Shown: piece after piece, positions 62,775 to 64,000 of the stretch
How positions within the stretch are numbered: position 1 is the stretch's first letter
Layout of the letters: each line of letters starts with the position of its first letter
Assembly (NCBI GenBank): GCA_021399345.1
Contig: JAAFKI010000112.1
Location: 45,753 to 109,752, forward strand
Reading direction: 5' to 3'
DNA from: Candidatus Heimdallarchaeota archaeon
GTDB lineage: Archaea > Asgardarchaeota > Heimdallarchaeia > Heimdallarchaeales > Heimdallarchaeaceae
Length of the DNA: 64,000 bases
Translations under genes and position numbers: made by a program
Notes under the pieces: model-generated
Told to the model about the DNA's origin: nothing
Databases searched by the model: none
Seen by the model: the letters and a program-made list of their open reading frames with translations, nothing else

Positions 62775-63134
62775 GCCAGATATACCAAATAAAGAAAAAC
62801 AAGAGATCAGAATATTGGCAGAGGATTTCAGTTGTTTAATTGCAACCCTTTCATTCAAAAAGGCTCTTATATCTTCTATGAAGTTTTCAAGTCTCTCTAT
62901 AGTAGATCAGCTAGATGGAGATATTGTTTGATTTGTGGTAATATAGATTTACCTACGGATTTTATCCATAAGGATCCAAACTACCCCCAAGTATCTTGTC
63001 ACAAAATCCAGTCACTAATACCAACTTCTTGGATGAAACTAAGAGATTTCTTCATTAAAAGTAATTATAAGAAACTCCTCAAAGCAATGGGGGTTCAAAA
63101 TGTAGAAAAAAAGACAACCAGTGCCTCTAATTAA
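62775..63134 (+). pseudogene. 'MPDI' family paralog 4, frameshifted
   Basis: An ATG at 62775 gives MPDIPNKEKQEIRILAEDF... and then a stop at about 62928. The conserved remainder (ARWRYCLICG...SCHK...IPTSWMKLRDFF) continues in ORF 62832..63134 in another frame. Confidence 0.45.
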
Positions 63135-63161
63135 ATAAAATGTAAGAATAATCCTTTAGAT

Positions 63162-63638
63162 TTAGGATGTCTCCCCAATTTTTATTGCTTCAGGCAATTT
63201 GTTTTCTTCTGCAACTGCAAATATTTCGCGTATTATTGGTATCTGATCCGGTTTGTCTGTTACTCCTGCATTTTCTAGAGCTCTTATATGCTTCTTTGAC
63301 ATGAAGAAGTCTCTCAGTTTATACCATGATGTAGTAATTAAAACAGGAAAACGATTCGTACCTAAAGTGCATTCATGGATTCTCTCTTTTAATTCAGATT
63401 TCTTCTCTTCTGAATACTTATCACCACCAAGCTCTCCATCATCAATCATCAACTCGGTGGGTTCAATAATCCCACACTTAAGACAGAATTTCCACCTGGC
63501 AGATCTAATATACAGTGCTTCAAAAGTTTCTGAATAAACTAATAGCCCTTCATTGAAGGGAGATACCCATAATCCCATTGCATAGCGTCTTGCAATTGAT
63601 TTTATAAATGATTTTTCAGCATTTGATATTTTTGGCAT
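63162..63638 (-). CDS. Small conserved protein of 'MPDI' family (paralog 5)
   Basis: Starting at the internal Met (63638) gives MPKISNAEKSFIKSIARRYA. It has ARWKFCLKCG-x31-HEC and PVLITTSWYKLRDFF. The upstream 55 codons of the ORF-track model are not conserved in the family. Confidence 0.55.
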   Translation of the reverse strand: MPKISNAEKSFIKSIARRYAMGLWVSPFNEGLLVYSETFEALYIRSARWKFCLKCGIIEPTELMIDDGELGGDKYSEEKKSELKERIHECTLGTNRFPVLITTSWYKLRDFFMSKKHIRALENAGVTDKPDQIPIIREIFAVAEENKLPEAIKIGETS

Positions 63639-64000
63639 ACTACACCCCTTGCCATTATGATTGAATCCATACCGACATATTAAGGTATCTCTATAACCTC
63701 TGCATAGATATCCGAAGATATAATAGTGAATCTGAAAGCACTCTTCCAAAATAGGTAAATATGAGGTATATATTATGTAAAAAATAATTGATTCTCGTTT
63801 CAAGATTCAAAAAAAAAAATGAATTAAGGACTAATATTCAACATGATACTTAAAATGACTGAGATAAAGCAGATAAGGAGAGCAATCCAATTACTATTAA
63901 AACACATATGGAGATAGCATAAACTAGAAACATACCAAAATAGGATCTTGCTTTTTCCATTCTAGCTTTTCTTTTTATCTGATTAATATTTGACATCATT

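Noticed and set aside
44044-63638. Assigning the MPDI family to the tautomerase superfamily on the basis of conserved Pro-1
   Set aside because: Tautomerases start with a beta-strand after Pro-1 and are built on a beta-alpha-beta unit. Here Pro is followed by an acidic turn and an amphipathic helix (EKxEIRxIAKKYA), and the proteins contain a Cys/His ribbon. Only the conserved N-terminal Pro is shared, so the link is too speculative.
41114-64000. Prophage, integrative element or transposon as the explanation for the accessory block
   Set aside because: No integrase, transposase, terminal inverted repeats, tRNA attachment site or phage structural genes were recognisable. The block looks like lineage-specific paralog expansion rather than a discrete mobile element.
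63841-64000. Small minus-strand ORF at the window edge (MMSNINQIKRKARMEKARSYFGMFLVYAISICVLIVIGLLSL...)
   Set aside because: It is only about 50 codons long and runs into the window boundary. It may be a partial gene start, or it may continue upstream outside the window, so the evidence is insufficient to call it.

Overview
This is an AT-rich (about 30% GC), gene-dense window that looks archaeal. The support is circumstantial: TTG and GTG start codons, Shine-Dalgarno-like GAGG motifs, oligo-T tracts after genes, and many secreted proteins that carry a signal peptide, abundant N-x-S/T sequons and a C-terminal transmembrane helix with a basic tail. No rRNA, tRNA, CRISPR array, integrase or transposase was seen. 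A membrane-anchored RING-H2-like zinc-finger protein and the heavy expansion of paralogous gene families fit an Asgard (Lokiarchaeia-like) archaeon, but that is only an inference.

The contents, in order:
- 0.6-7.4 kb: a separate ABC ATPase, then an Opp/Dpp-type peptide ABC transporter (permeases B and C, ATPases D and F). The permease and ATPase halves are split by an inserted hypothetical gene and a degraded duplicate of the oppC 3' end.
- 7.5-9.0 kb: two tandem paralogous coiled-coil proteins with C-terminal winged-helix-like ends.
- 9.2-10.6 kb: NADP-type glutamate dehydrogenase.
- 10.6-13.6 kb: a 988-aa protein with receiver-like N-terminal modules fused to a PPDK_N (PEP/pyruvate-binding, ATP-grasp) domain. 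It is divergent from a protein made of five to six tandem helix-turn-helix repeats.
- 15-20 kb: a Hef/FANCM-like SF2 helicase, a CinA C-terminal domain protein and a GlcD-type FAD-linked oxidase.
- 19.7-29 kb: a GH2 beta-galactosidase (1044 aa), a GH3 beta-glucosidase and a HAD hydrolase; a GPH-family MFS sugar symporter sits at 42.6 kb.
- 29-41 kb: class-C-like serine hydrolase, an SDR, a KstD-like flavoenzyme, an iron-sulfur flavoprotein and a flavodoxin.
- 41-64 kb, the most unusual part: a mosaic of paralogs comprising two DEAD-box helicases, five copies (one frameshifted) of a small, apparently undescribed zinc-ribbon-like protein whose N-terminus is always M-P-(D/K)-I, three large TPR proteins sharing a distinctive C-terminal alpha/beta domain, and several secreted beta-helix or glycoprotein-like surface proteins.

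Two arrangements of the small protein and a surface-protein gene recur (with a TPR gene downstream on the same strand in one of them), which suggests an undescribed regulatory or surface-protein module.
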